From Candidatus Hermodarchaeota archaeon (GTDB taxonomy: Archaea > Asgardarchaeota > Hermodarchaeia > Hermodarchaeales > Hermodarchaeaceae), in contig JAEOUH010000069.1 of assembly GCA_016839365.1 (NCBI GenBank), positions 1 through 64,000 on the forward strand: DNA of 64,000 nt, read 5' to 3'. The notes below the pieces were generated by a model, which was not told the DNA's origin, made no database searches, and saw nothing but the letters and a program-made list of their open reading frames with translations. This document shows, piece by piece, positions 47,938 to 57,412 of this stretch. Within the stretch, counting starts at the first letter, position 1. Every line of letters starts with the position of its first letter. Position numbers and translations under genes: made by a program.

Positions 47938-48369
47938 TTGTCCAAGGGACATAAACTATTTACCTATCAACCACTCATGCCTTCCTATACGAATTGGCTT
48001 GCATCATTTTTGGAGTTGATGGGTTTGGGTGACGAAAAGGCTCCCAGTTGGGTAAAACACGCCGTTCGGCGTTGGAAGCAATTCTATAATGAAATTCAGT
48101 TCATCGATGGACAAATTGATACTGCAAATCCGTTGAGTGTAATTTTCCGAAATGAAGCTCTCTTAAATCAAGTAGTATCCCAATCACAGGCTGTCACCTC
48201 ACCCATTGAACCAACCCTTTCAAAGAAAGAAGAATCAGCTCCATCTCAACCTGAAAAGACTCCTTCGCCAAATCCCGAAAAAAAGCAGCGCAAAGGATGG
48301 TTCATTTCTAAACTCAAAGACCTCCAATACCTATTCAATCGCCCTCTTTGGTCCTGGGATTCTTTCTAG
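47938..48369 (+). CDS. hypothetical protein, last gene of the SMC operon
   Basis: Starts 2 nt after the upstream stop; helical N-terminus, Pro/Ser linker, aromatic C-terminal helix. Confidence 0.6.
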   Translation: MSKGHKLFTYQPLMPSYTNWLASFLELMGLGDEKAPSWVKHAVRRWKQFYNEIQFIDGQIDTANPLSVIFRNEALLNQVVSQSQAVTSPIEPTLSKKEESAPSQPEKTPSPNPEKKQRKGWFISKLKDLQYLFNRPLWSWDSF

Positions 48370-49346
48370 ATGGGATCATCCAAACCCATTTTGGAACGAA
48401 TCTTCTCGATGACATCTTCTCCCATCCGCTTCGTTTCTGCTGACTCCGTCGTAGGCTCATCCTGCACATCCTCAGACAGTTGAGGGAGACCCGCTAGTTT
48501 TCTCACGATACCAGAAATTGCATGCTTTGCCACAGAAACCTCAGAACCGCCAGAGAGTAGCACCACCAACCGTCCCTCACAGACTTCTTCCGCTGCCTGC
48601 ATCAAAATATCTGTCATTGCAGGAAAGGCACGCAACGAAAGATTAAACCCACCATAGTCTAGGGCATGGGCATCATGACCCATGTTCCACAAGATCATCT
48701 CAGGGCGAATCCGCCTGGCCCAAGGCAGCGCTAAACGACGTACGGCTTCGACAAAGGAGTCATCACTACTCGAACTTGGGAAAGGGACATCCACATGCCG
48801 ATGTGTCACCGTATCCAGGCTTTCCCGGAAACTCGCCTCGAAGTTTAAATGGTATACTCCTTCATCATCCCCAAGGACATCACGAGTTCCATCCCCTGGA
48901 TGAGGATCCGTATCAACAATGAAAAAACGATTAACTCCATGCATATGTTGCAAATTTCGAACAAGTAAAGCAGAGTTGTTGTAATAGCAAAAACCCCAGG
49001 ATGAACCACGACTAGCGTGGTGCCCAGCACAGCCAGTAAAGGCAAAAGCATTGGCTGCCTCGCCAATCCAAACCGCCTCACCTGCTCTTACCGCGGATCC
49101 CCCCGACACGAGTGAAGCAGAATCATATCCTGATCTTCTAACATGTTGAATGTGATCAGGGGTGTGCACCTGCAGGAGTAAATCCTCACCTACTCTGGGC
49201 GCTTCTTCCAAAATAACCTGAGTAGTCTCCAATGTTCCCGAATCGCGTAAATAGTCAAGTGCCGGTTGTACACGACCAGCTAGCACCGGGTACCCTTCAA
49301 CTGCCATTAAAGGATGGTAGAGTACGAGTGTTGGCTTCTTTTTCAT
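48366..49346 (-). CDS. histone deacetylase/AcuC family protein
   Basis: VHTPDHI, AGHHA, GFCYYNN, DTDPHPGDGT, GHDAHALD, LSGGS. Confidence 0.9.
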   Translation of the reverse strand: MKKKPTLVLYHPLMAVEGYPVLAGRVQPALDYLRDSGTLETTQVILEEAPRVGEDLLLQVHTPDHIQHVRRSGYDSASLVSGGSAVRAGEAVWIGEAANAFAFTGCAGHHASRGSSWGFCYYNNSALLVRNLQHMHGVNRFFIVDTDPHPGDGTRDVLGDDEGVYHLNFEASFRESLDTVTHRHVDVPFPSSSSDDSFVEAVRRLALPWARRIRPEMILWNMGHDAHALDYGGFNLSLRAFPAMTDILMQAAEEVCEGRLVVLLSGGSEVSVAKHAISGIVRKLAGLPQLSEDVQDEPTTESAETKRMGEDVIEKIRSKMGLDDPI

Positions 49347-49420
49347 TCTTATTCACTGCTTGGCATATTGGAGCAAAAAAGGATTTAACAGCATTTATCA
49401 TTTTACTCGAGTAGCCTAGG

Positions 49421-50632
49421 ATGGATATTCTGATGATAGAAATTCGGAAAATTACTAAAAATGAACGCCCCGCCATCATGGATCTTTACCGATATGCGTA
49501 CACAAAATGGACAGATCGGGAGGTTAAGAACGAAGAAATTGATGACATTATTGAGGATGAAACTCTGGGCCTGTTTGAACAAGGGCGCCTGGTCTCTTCT
49601 TTAAGGGTCCACGAATTCCAGCAATCAATCCGTGGTGTACTCAAGGATTGTGGAGGGGTAGCCGGGGTTGCCACATACCCGGAGGCACGACGGAAGGGAT
49701 ATGTACGAAAATTAATGCAGGAAGGTTTCAAGATGATGCGTGAGAAGGGGCAATCGGTCAGTATGCTCGATCCCTTTAAGCAAAGTTACTATGAAAAATT
49801 CGGGTACGTTGCTGCAAATACTGCCTATATTGTTGAAGCCCCACTCAAACAGCTACGCATATCAGACACGACGCCTCAGAATGTGGATTGGACCTTTGAA
49901 AGGGTTCGCGCAGTAAATGCCAAAGACGAATATCTAAAGTTTGTCCGCGAAGTAGGTCCTAAACAGTATCATGGTTACATCATTTTCAAAACCTTTCCTG
50001 ATGCTATGTGGAGACAGCGTACAAAAGAAAGTCTCATTGTCTTTGTCAAACATAAAGGAAAAATTCAGGCTTTAGGCCGGTATCGGATTAAAGGGGAACG
50101 AATCAAGGCTGAATTCCGCACAAATATGCAAGTGATCGATCTCTTATGGCGAACCCGAGAAGCTCGTGACAAACTCTTTTTCTTCTTCAGACAACACTGG
50201 GACCAAATCCATAATATCAGCATACATGCTCCCTTCGATACTAAGGTCGAACATTGGTTCAAAGATGCACGTTTGAAGATTGAACGTAAAACTCCTTGGA
50301 TGGTTCGCATCATCGACGCAAAGAACGCAATCCAGAATCTTCCAGGCCTTGGAGAAGACATCGTCACCCTTGAAATCACAGATCCTAATTGTCCCTGGAA
50401 TAATGGAACTTACTCCCTTCAATCAGAAAAAGGGCGTTTACACCTAACTAAAAGCTCAGGGCATCCTGAAGTAAAAGCTACTATTCAAGCGCTCTCAGCC
50501 TTAGTCTATGGAACACAACTAGTAGAGGAATTAGAGTTTCAAGAGGAACTATCAGTCACAGAAGAATGGGCTAGACATACTCTTCAACGGTGGTTCCCGC
50601 CTCTCCACCTATATAATGTCGTGTACTTCTAA
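49421..50632 (+). CDS. Eis-like GNAT acetyltransferase (double GNAT plus SCP2-like domain)
   Basis: GVAGVATYPEARRKG, SMLDPF..SYYEKFGY, WMVRIID, CPWNNG, ALSALVYG. Confidence 0.88.
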   Translation: MDILMIEIRKITKNERPAIMDLYRYAYTKWTDREVKNEEIDDIIEDETLGLFEQGRLVSSLRVHEFQQSIRGVLKDCGGVAGVATYPEARRKGYVRKLMQEGFKMMREKGQSVSMLDPFKQSYYEKFGYVAANTAYIVEAPLKQLRISDTTPQNVDWTFERVRAVNAKDEYLKFVREVGPKQYHGYIIFKTFPDAMWRQRTKESLIVFVKHKGKIQALGRYRIKGERIKAEFRTNMQVIDLLWRTREARDKLFFFFRQHWDQIHNISIHAPFDTKVEHWFKDARLKIERKTPWMVRIIDAKNAIQNLPGLGEDIVTLEITDPNCPWNNGTYSLQSEKGRLHLTKSSGHPEVKATIQALSALVYGTQLVEELEFQEELSVTEEWARHTLQRWFPPLHLYNVVYF

Positions 50633-50706
50633 TGAAAACCGAAACACGAGCCTTTTTTAGGCAGATATTGCATTGAATTGACTCCTAACTCACTGAGGGT
50701 TCAAAA

Positions 50707-51099
50707 ATGGGCTTTGAAATCCCCTTTGATAAAATCCGTGATGCGATTCAACAATACTTAGCATTTAAAGCTGACTCGACGACCCGGACTATTACCTTGG
50801 AATTTAAAGGATCTATTTACGAAGAGATGCCATTTGGGGATATGCTCGAAGATGAAGAGGGACTAAAACGCATGGCCAAGAACTTAATGGACCAAGACAT
50901 CGAATACACCGCAGAGCCATTACCTGAAGGTAAAGGCGTTATCCTTCACTTCGAAACAGATGAGGATTATCAGAAGATGTACAACTTCATTGATGGCATT
51001 GTCAATGGGAATCTTATCCAAGAACTCATGGCAAAGGTTATGCAATCCATGTTCTCTGCAATAGACAATGATAGCTCCGAATTCGATAATACGACCTAG
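50707..51099 (+). CDS. hypothetical acidic protein
   Basis: 130 aa ORF preceded by GAGGG; no recognisable motif. Confidence 0.6.
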   Translation: MGFEIPFDKIRDAIQQYLAFKADSTTRTITLEFKGSIYEEMPFGDMLEDEEGLKRMAKNLMDQDIEYTAEPLPEGKGVILHFETDEDYQKMYNFIDGIVNGNLIQELMAKVMQSMFSAIDNDSSEFDNTT

Positions 51100-52856
51100 C
51101 CAACTTTATCGCACGACCGATTATGCTCCCTCTTTAGGAAAAATCGCTCCACTTCCTGGTTAATGATTGCCCGCATTTTACCCCGGTCAATGTTCGGATT
51201 GTCGAATTCCGCGGCAACACTCAATAAGTAGCTATTCCGAGCATCATATGTGATAGATAAGGTGGGTTCCTCACCTAACCATCGGTCTTTGTCGGTTTCA
51301 GACCAAGTTACCTTGAGAACATCCGACACACCATCCTGCTTGCTAATGCGGCTTTTCACAGGTCTACTATCAAGGTAGGATTCGAGTTGGGATACATTGA
51401 TGGGTTGATCAAATCGTACATTCATGGAAAGATGGGGTTCACTCTTCCTCGTTAGATATCGCATCATAAAAAACAGACCTGCAGCAACAACTGCCCAAGC
51501 ACCTAATGCGAGTAGGAATACAATGCCCATTCCTAGGAGGAATAGGCCTTCAAACAATCCCATGATACTAAGAATTTCAAAAAAGGCCAGTGCCAAAGTG
51601 CCTGCCACAATAACTTCAATAATAGTCAACGCATGACTTGACCGCTCACTGGCTACGAGAACCTCCTCAGTGGAACGGGAACTGTCTTGGAGCGCCTCAT
51701 ACATACGTTTCATCTGTTTATCCGCTAAGGTGCCCACGACACTTTGTAAACCTTCCACTTCACGCTTCAATCCCTCCACAACCTTCTCAGCGTCGTCAAT
51801 TCGGCTCTCCACACGATCAAAGAAACGGCGTATATGTACCTTCTCAGCAAATTCACGTTGGGCTGGACTTGCCTGCTCGTACAAATGGTTCACTTGTTTT
51901 TTCGTAAAACAAACGGTTTCTATCAGATACTGTTTCAGTGTTTCAAGAATCACGCCGTCAGCACCTACTCGTGACAGGGCTTCTTTTGCCTTCGTCACGA
52001 TAGTCGGATCACGTTCTGACTGCTCGAGAATCATCCGACGGATATGCAACGATTCGTCCCATCCAAGCCATAGCCGAGCGAAGTATTCGTCCATGAACAA
52101 ATCTAATGCCCGAACCAACGCATAAAGGCCAACAAAATCCTCGAAATCCTTTAGATTTTGGGTGACCAGGATTGAACCCAAGGTCCCAACAAAAATGAAC
52201 GATCCATCCTTGAGGGTTTCTGCTTCCTCAAGGGTACCGATGATCTGCTCGAGCTCGTTCTGATAATCTTCCCCATCCCTGTACTCGGAAGCTGATTTCA
52301 GGTGGGGCGCGATGTCTTCTCCAATCGCCATAATGAATTTTCCACGATTATGAGATTTCCCACGATACATCGCATCAAGAATACGAATCTGATTATGTGT
52401 AAGGAGGGTATCTAGAATAGTCGAGGAATCCACAACAAGGTCAGCGTTGACCCGTGTTAATTTATCTAATGAGACGGTATTGGCGATACCATCGACTTCA
52501 ATCAAATCAAGGGCAAACACTACAAGACCTTGCTCGGAGATATGCACAGCAAATTCCTCTTCCTGCACGATTCCTTCGGCTTCAGGAATATCAACTTGAG
52601 CTACAAACTCTACAAATCGGGTCATATCAAAATCATTAACGACAATTCGTGAATGCACAGGATCAGATTCGAAGATGGCATTCTGTGGGAACTCATCAAC
52701 TAGTGCAGTCAATAAGGTGCTCTTTAGCCGTTCAAGCGACCCAAGTTTGTGATTGAGTGCAGCAATCTGATTATTCCCAAAGGGAATCCATTCCGAAATA
52801 ATAATCGAAGGGGTCTTGAGAAAAAGGATTTCTTCCAGTTCATCTCTGATAACCAT
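51096..52856 (-). CDS. hypothetical membrane protein with coiled coil and two TM helices (CorA-like topology)
   Basis: Large soluble domain, long helical stalk, two adjacent TM helices, C-terminal soluble domain; no GMN motif. Confidence 0.6.
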   Translation of the reverse strand: MVIRDELEEILFLKTPSIIISEWIPFGNNQIAALNHKLGSLERLKSTLLTALVDEFPQNAIFESDPVHSRIVVNDFDMTRFVEFVAQVDIPEAEGIVQEEEFAVHISEQGLVVFALDLIEVDGIANTVSLDKLTRVNADLVVDSSTILDTLLTHNQIRILDAMYRGKSHNRGKFIMAIGEDIAPHLKSASEYRDGEDYQNELEQIIGTLEEAETLKDGSFIFVGTLGSILVTQNLKDFEDFVGLYALVRALDLFMDEYFARLWLGWDESLHIRRMILEQSERDPTIVTKAKEALSRVGADGVILETLKQYLIETVCFTKKQVNHLYEQASPAQREFAEKVHIRRFFDRVESRIDDAEKVVEGLKREVEGLQSVVGTLADKQMKRMYEALQDSSRSTEEVLVASERSSHALTIIEVIVAGTLALAFFEILSIMGLFEGLFLLGMGIVFLLALGAWAVVAAGLFFMMRYLTRKSEPHLSMNVRFDQPINVSQLESYLDSRPVKSRISKQDGVSDVLKVTWSETDKDRWLGEEPTLSITYDARNSYLLSVAAEFDNPNIDRGKMRAIINQEVERFFLKREHNRSCDKVG

Positions 52857-52858
52857 GC

Positions 52859-53455
52859 CTACTCCTCCTTGACGCTATTGTGGTCATTTCGGTACGGCAA
52901 TCGTAGAAATTTTGCTTTTGATATGTAACTGACATCTTCAATATCGAAAATCCTAATTTCCCGGATACAGTTACAGACAGGACATCGGAAGAAATACCGC
53001 TCGAAGTTCTCACACTCAATCTGCATCAACTCCCCCTCACAGTCACTGCACCGAATAATCGCATTAACGCCTTCTCGCTCGCTATTTGGAATAGTGGCAA
53101 GAACTTCACGGCCCTTGTCCGTTAACCGATAACCCGTCACCGTTCCATATTGACTTGTGCTGATCTTGAGGTGGTCGAGTAAGCCCATCTCCCGAAGGTC
53201 GTTCAAATCATCAACACCCTCACGCGAGATATTCATGAAACGTCGATAGCCATCTAAACACAGAATGGACATTGCCGCATAATCATAGGTTTCGAACACG
53301 CCTTCAACAGTGAGTACATACATCACAGCAAGTAATGGCCCATCCTTGAACCAATGTTCTTGATCATCGGAGGTCTGTTTTTCATGAGCATAAGACCCGA
53401 TGAGAAACACTAATTTCTGCTGGTCCTTCGTAAGTTCCACTTTGTCCACCGTCAT
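52859..53455 (-). CDS. hypothetical winged-helix/Zn-ribbon protein
   Basis: YDYA, NISREGVDDLNDLRE, YRLTDKG, CSDC..CPVC, EDVSY; 2 nt from the downstream gene. Confidence 0.6.
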   Translation of the reverse strand: MTVDKVELTKDQQKLVFLIGSYAHEKQTSDDQEHWFKDGPLLAVMYVLTVEGVFETYDYAAMSILCLDGYRRFMNISREGVDDLNDLREMGLLDHLKISTSQYGTVTGYRLTDKGREVLATIPNSEREGVNAIIRCSDCEGELMQIECENFERYFFRCPVCNCIREIRIFDIEDVSYISKAKFLRLPYRNDHNSVKEE

Positions 53456-53572
53456 ATCCCCTAAACGCAACAGTAAACAACAATTTCTGACCATAGTTAA
53501 AAAGCTTCATAGTGCTTAACCACTTGGGCTGCAAAGTGTTTAGGAAACCTTAGCGAAAGGAACCTGAATTGG

Positions 53573-54943
53573 ATGATTCGTAACATCCCAGAACTCATCA
53601 AAGGCCCTCCTCTGACTCAATATGCACGACAGCGCGCTCTAGCACTCCTTAATGTCGCCCTCAATGCGGCAAATCCCCACGTCCTCGTTGAAAATACAAT
53701 CAAAGTCACCAGCCGCACGATTCGGTTTGTCGATAACGAAATAGGGTTTAATGATTTCGACGGAATTTATGTCATCGGCGCTGGAAAAGCGGCAGGTCGA
53801 ATGGCCGAAGCCATCGAAAATCTTCTCCAGAATCACCTGGTTGATGGGCTCATCATTGTTCCCGAAAACACCCTCACTACCTATACGCTACACAAGATAT
53901 CCTTGCAAGCTGGTGGGCATCCCGTACCCACCGAATCCAGTATCACTGCCACTCACCAACTGCTTGATCTCATCGACCAATCCCCCAAGGATGCCCTAAT
54001 CCTTAGCCTCTTTTCTGGCGGCGGATCCGCCTTACTCGCCGCTCCCACTCCACCACTTACCCTTGAAGACCTCCAACACACAACACGCTTACTCCTACAA
54101 GCAGGCGTACCAATACACCAACTCAACACGGTTCGCAAACATCTTTCCCAAGTCAAAGGCGGCTATCTCGCACAACACATTCATCCCCGTCGACATTGGG
54201 GGCTACTCATTTCCGATGTACCTGGTGATCAACTCAACATGATTGCCAGCGGTCCCACTCTCCCCGATCCCACCACATTCGCCAATGCAGTGCAAGTCTT
54301 GGAAACCTATGGGGTTTGGGAACAAGTGTCAGCGCAGGTACGAGAGCACCTCGCTGCAGGTCGTGAAGGGAAACTCAAAGATACACCAAAGCCCCAGGAG
54401 CCAGTTTTTGACCATTCGATTCATCAGCTCATCGGGAGTAACCAACTAGCCTGCCAGGCAGTCCTTGAACAAGCTCAACACGAAGGCTTCACCACCCGTA
54501 TTTTAACAACCGACTGTGAAGGCGAAGCCCGTGAAGTTGGCGACCAACTCGGCGCCCTCGCAAGAAAATTAACCCAACACCCCGAATCTCATGTGCTAAT
54601 AGTTGGTTCGGAAACCACTGTCACCGTCCGGCATGAAGGAAAAGGAGGTCGAAACACCGAGCTCATCACCGCTGCGCTCTCTCATCTCAAAGGAACGGAA
54701 GGTCTTGTCATCGCAAGCCTTGCCACCGATGGGATCGATGGACCCACTAACGCTGCTGGTGCAATAGCTGATGGTGACTCGGTTAATCGGGCTGAAGACC
54801 TTGCTCTCTCTCCTGTTCAGCTCCTCGAGACCAACTCAACCTACAACCTCTTCTACGCCCTCGAAGATCTGATTATTACCGGACCCACGCACACCAATGT
54901 CCGCGATGTCACCGTGATCCTCTGGACAGGCACTCCACCCTAA
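53573..54943 (+). CDS. glycerate kinase type 2 (GckA/TtuD, MOFRL)
   Basis: GAGKAA, GHPVP, SGGGSAL, RKHLSQVKGG, SDVPGD, IASGPT, ETTV, GGRN, TDGIDG, TGPTHTNV. Confidence 0.93.
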   Translation: MIRNIPELIKGPPLTQYARQRALALLNVALNAANPHVLVENTIKVTSRTIRFVDNEIGFNDFDGIYVIGAGKAAGRMAEAIENLLQNHLVDGLIIVPENTLTTYTLHKISLQAGGHPVPTESSITATHQLLDLIDQSPKDALILSLFSGGGSALLAAPTPPLTLEDLQHTTRLLLQAGVPIHQLNTVRKHLSQVKGGYLAQHIHPRRHWGLLISDVPGDQLNMIASGPTLPDPTTFANAVQVLETYGVWEQVSAQVREHLAAGREGKLKDTPKPQEPVFDHSIHQLIGSNQLACQAVLEQAQHEGFTTRILTTDCEGEAREVGDQLGALARKLTQHPESHVLIVGSETTVTVRHEGKGGRNTELITAALSHLKGTEGLVIASLATDGIDGPTNAAGAIADGDSVNRAEDLALSPVQLLETNSTYNLFYALEDLIITGPTHTNVRDVTVILWTGTPP

Positions 54944-54968
54944 ATGCCACTCATCATTATTTTGGAAA

Positions 54969-55109
54969 GAACATTGGGAAAAATGGCGGATTAGGCACCT
55001 CCATAAAAAGGACATTTGTCCTAATAGGACACAATTGGAGGGGAGAGGGAATGGTTTTCTAGGGGGAGATTTTGGGAAGTGCCATTATCTTTCGCCAAAC
55101 CCAATGTTC
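54969..55109. repeat. nested inverted-repeat element between convergent genes
   Basis: GAACATTGGG/CCCAATGTTC, AATGGC/GCCATT and CCTCCA/TGGAGG nested around AGGACA-TT-TGTCCT-AAT-AGGACA. Confidence 0.55.
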
Positions 55110-55235
55110 CCACTTAATGCGCTCAAATGTCTTATTTAAAGATTTCATTTAACGCTGAAACTATAAATCACCTTACGGTCATAAAAATTTGCGTAAATCG
55201 GCATTCTGTTGATTCATTCCAACTTTGTGGACAGC

Positions 55236-56699
55236 TTATCTCCGGTGTAAATAGGGAGGTTCGGGAAGGTTGGGGTGTCGTTGGTAGTGGTGGTAAATGA
55301 GATTGAGGATATCGGCGGCTTCGGCGATGTTGGAGAAGACGGGAAGATTGGCGTCGCGGAACTGATTACGGGTTTCCAAGTTTTCTTGTGGATAGCTAAC
55401 AGCAGGGACTGCGACAAAGAAGGGTTTTCGGAGCTCACGGACACAATATTGACCGGCTTGAATCATCATGTCCCAATAAGTGGTGGCCATGCCCTGCAAG
55501 TCCATATGGTTAGCCATAAAGTTGACATAGTGAGGGGCGGCTTCGACGATGATGGCGTCGATATTTTTGTCTTCTGCGACATGTCGGATGGTCTTTACCG
55601 TGTTTTCGGGATAGAAGTAACTGGAAGCCATATCCACGGGATTTCTGATATTCGTGCCCACGGCATTGATGACATCGGATAAAGCTTCAATGGTTTCTGA
55701 ACTTAGTCGGGGCACTTCAAAGCCAAAATGGGCAAGTGAATCAGTGCCTGCAACACCTGCTCCGCCACTGATTGCGATAAGAGCAACTCGTTTACCTGGC
55801 GGACGTGGGCAGCGAATAAATGTGACAATTGTGTTCACCAGACGCTCAAAGCTGTCCACGGAAACTGCGCCTGTTTGACGGAGTAAGGCATTCCAGATGT
55901 CAGTGGATCCAGCTAAGGCTGCGCTATGGCTGGACACAGCTCGTTGACCTTCTTCTGTCACTCCGGATTTCCAGATAACGATGGGCTTGTCGGGAGCACA
56001 AGTAGCAATAGCCTTGCGTAGACGAGGTCCATCTCGGACACCTTCGATGTAGATGCCGATCACTTGGGTTTTTGGATCTTCGTGAAGATATTCGACCAGT
56101 TCCCAACTGCTGATATCGGCCTCATTGCCATAACTGAAGACTTTACTGCATCCAAGCTTGGTTTCTGTTACCGCAAGATATGCATCAATAGCTTTTCCAC
56201 CAGATTGGGAAATGAATCCCACAGGTCCTGGATTCCGTTTTAAATCAGGCCGAAATGCAAAATACGATTCAGGGCATGTCAAACCCATGCAGTTTGGACC
56301 AAAGGCCCGCATGGGGCTAGCATGTATTTTCTCAGCAATCGCTCGTTCACGTTGCCAGCCTTCTTCTGTGCCAAGTTCACTGAAACCACTAGTAAAGATA
56401 GTGACACATTTGACACCCTTCGCGATGCATTCATCCAACACCTGCAACACGCTCTGGGCTGGAACCCGTAAAATGGCATAATCCACGGGGTCGGGGATCT
56501 CACTCAGAGACTTGTAGAACTTGTATCCGAGGGCTTCATCGACCCGTGGGTTCACCGGGTAGAGCTTTCCTGGAAATCCAAAATTGAGAAAGGACCTGAA
56601 CCAGTAGAAACCAGCTGAGCGGCTTGTTCCAATTAAAGCGACGGATTTGGAGTGGATGAACTCTTCGAACTGCTGAAAGGTCTTGGCATCCATAGGCAT
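55236..56699 (-). CDS. ADP-forming acyl-CoA synthetase, alpha (CoA-binding) subunit
   Basis: SVALIGTS, YPVNP, FTSGFSE, GPNCMG, ISQSG, SYGNEAD, YIEG, SHSAALAG (phospho-His), SGGAG, NPVD; start at 56699 or 56693. Confidence 0.9.
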   Translation of the reverse strand: MPMDAKTFQQFEEFIHSKSVALIGTSRSAGFYWFRSFLNFGFPGKLYPVNPRVDEALGYKFYKSLSEIPDPVDYAILRVPAQSVLQVLDECIAKGVKCVTIFTSGFSELGTEEGWQRERAIAEKIHASPMRAFGPNCMGLTCPESYFAFRPDLKRNPGPVGFISQSGGKAIDAYLAVTETKLGCSKVFSYGNEADISSWELVEYLHEDPKTQVIGIYIEGVRDGPRLRKAIATCAPDKPIVIWKSGVTEEGQRAVSSHSAALAGSTDIWNALLRQTGAVSVDSFERLVNTIVTFIRCPRPPGKRVALIAISGGAGVAGTDSLAHFGFEVPRLSSETIEALSDVINAVGTNIRNPVDMASSYFYPENTVKTIRHVAEDKNIDAIIVEAAPHYVNFMANHMDLQGMATTYWDMMIQAGQYCVRELRKPFFVAVPAVSYPQENLETRNQFRDANLPVFSNIAEAADILNLIYHHYQRHPNLPEPPYLHRR

Positions 56700-56838
56700 C
56701 CCTGAAAGAGACTCGTTCGGATAGGCGAAGGGCAAGGATGTTCTACTATTTTATGCTGTCGTTTATCAGAACTACGTAGCTATGCATCTGTATAGAAGTC
56801 GTCACGTTTTATTGATAGCTGTTCACGCTTCGTTAAAG

Positions 56839-57342
56839 TCAGGATTCCTTCGAGTTGACGAAGATTTGGGGTAATGCCCTTTTAACGGCAAACATCACGG
56901 CGACGCCAATGGCACACAGGATGGCAGTGCTAATGAGGATGCCTGGCATCAGGAGAATGTAGGGCGTGAAGACCAGGAACTGAAGATAGGCTGGGACGCC
57001 TAACCCGATGATAAGAGTGGGGTATAACCAGGCGAGGAACCAATAGGGACAGGTTTTCCGGTTCATCACTAATACACCCGCTAGCAGATTGAGGAGGCTC
57101 CCAAAAACAACATCAATGGCTCCTAACCCACCGAAGATATTGGCAACGAAGCCCCCGATAAACAGGGCTAAAGCCATTGGCCAGCCAAGGATGTAGGGAA
57201 AAGGTAACAGCATATCAGCAACGCGAAATTGAATGCCATAATAACTGAGGGATCCTAACGCAATGGTGACCGCTGCATATACAGCAGCCATAATTGCCAT
57301 CACGGCAATACCTTGAGTACGATTTAAATTAGTTCGTTTCAT
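56839..57342 (-). CDS. queT: QueT family (7-deazaguanine precursor) transporter S-component
   Basis: MAAVYAAVT, SYYGIQFRVAD, IGGFVANIFG, DVVFGSL; ATG 57342 lies 8 nt after GAGGTG. Confidence 0.85.
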   Translation of the reverse strand: MKRTNLNRTQGIAVMAIMAAVYAAVTIALGSLSYYGIQFRVADMLLPFPYILGWPMALALFIGGFVANIFGGLGAIDVVFGSLLNLLAGVLVMNRKTCPYWFLAWLYPTLIIGLGVPAYLQFLVFTPYILLMPGILISTAILCAIGVAVMFAVKRALPQIFVNSKES

Positions 57343-57350
57343 GACAATGA

Positions 57351-57412
57351 CACCTCGCAGCCCGGGATTTATTTGAATGAGCGGAACTCGGCACGAGGAA
57401 CCCACCCGCTCG
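57351..57412 (-). promoter_or_regulatory. candidate riboswitch-like pseudoknotted leader of queT
   Basis: GAGCGG/CCGCTC stem, A-rich linker, loop CCTCGTG complementary to TGCGAGG overlapping the SD; TTATAA box at 57435-57440. Confidence 0.45.
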
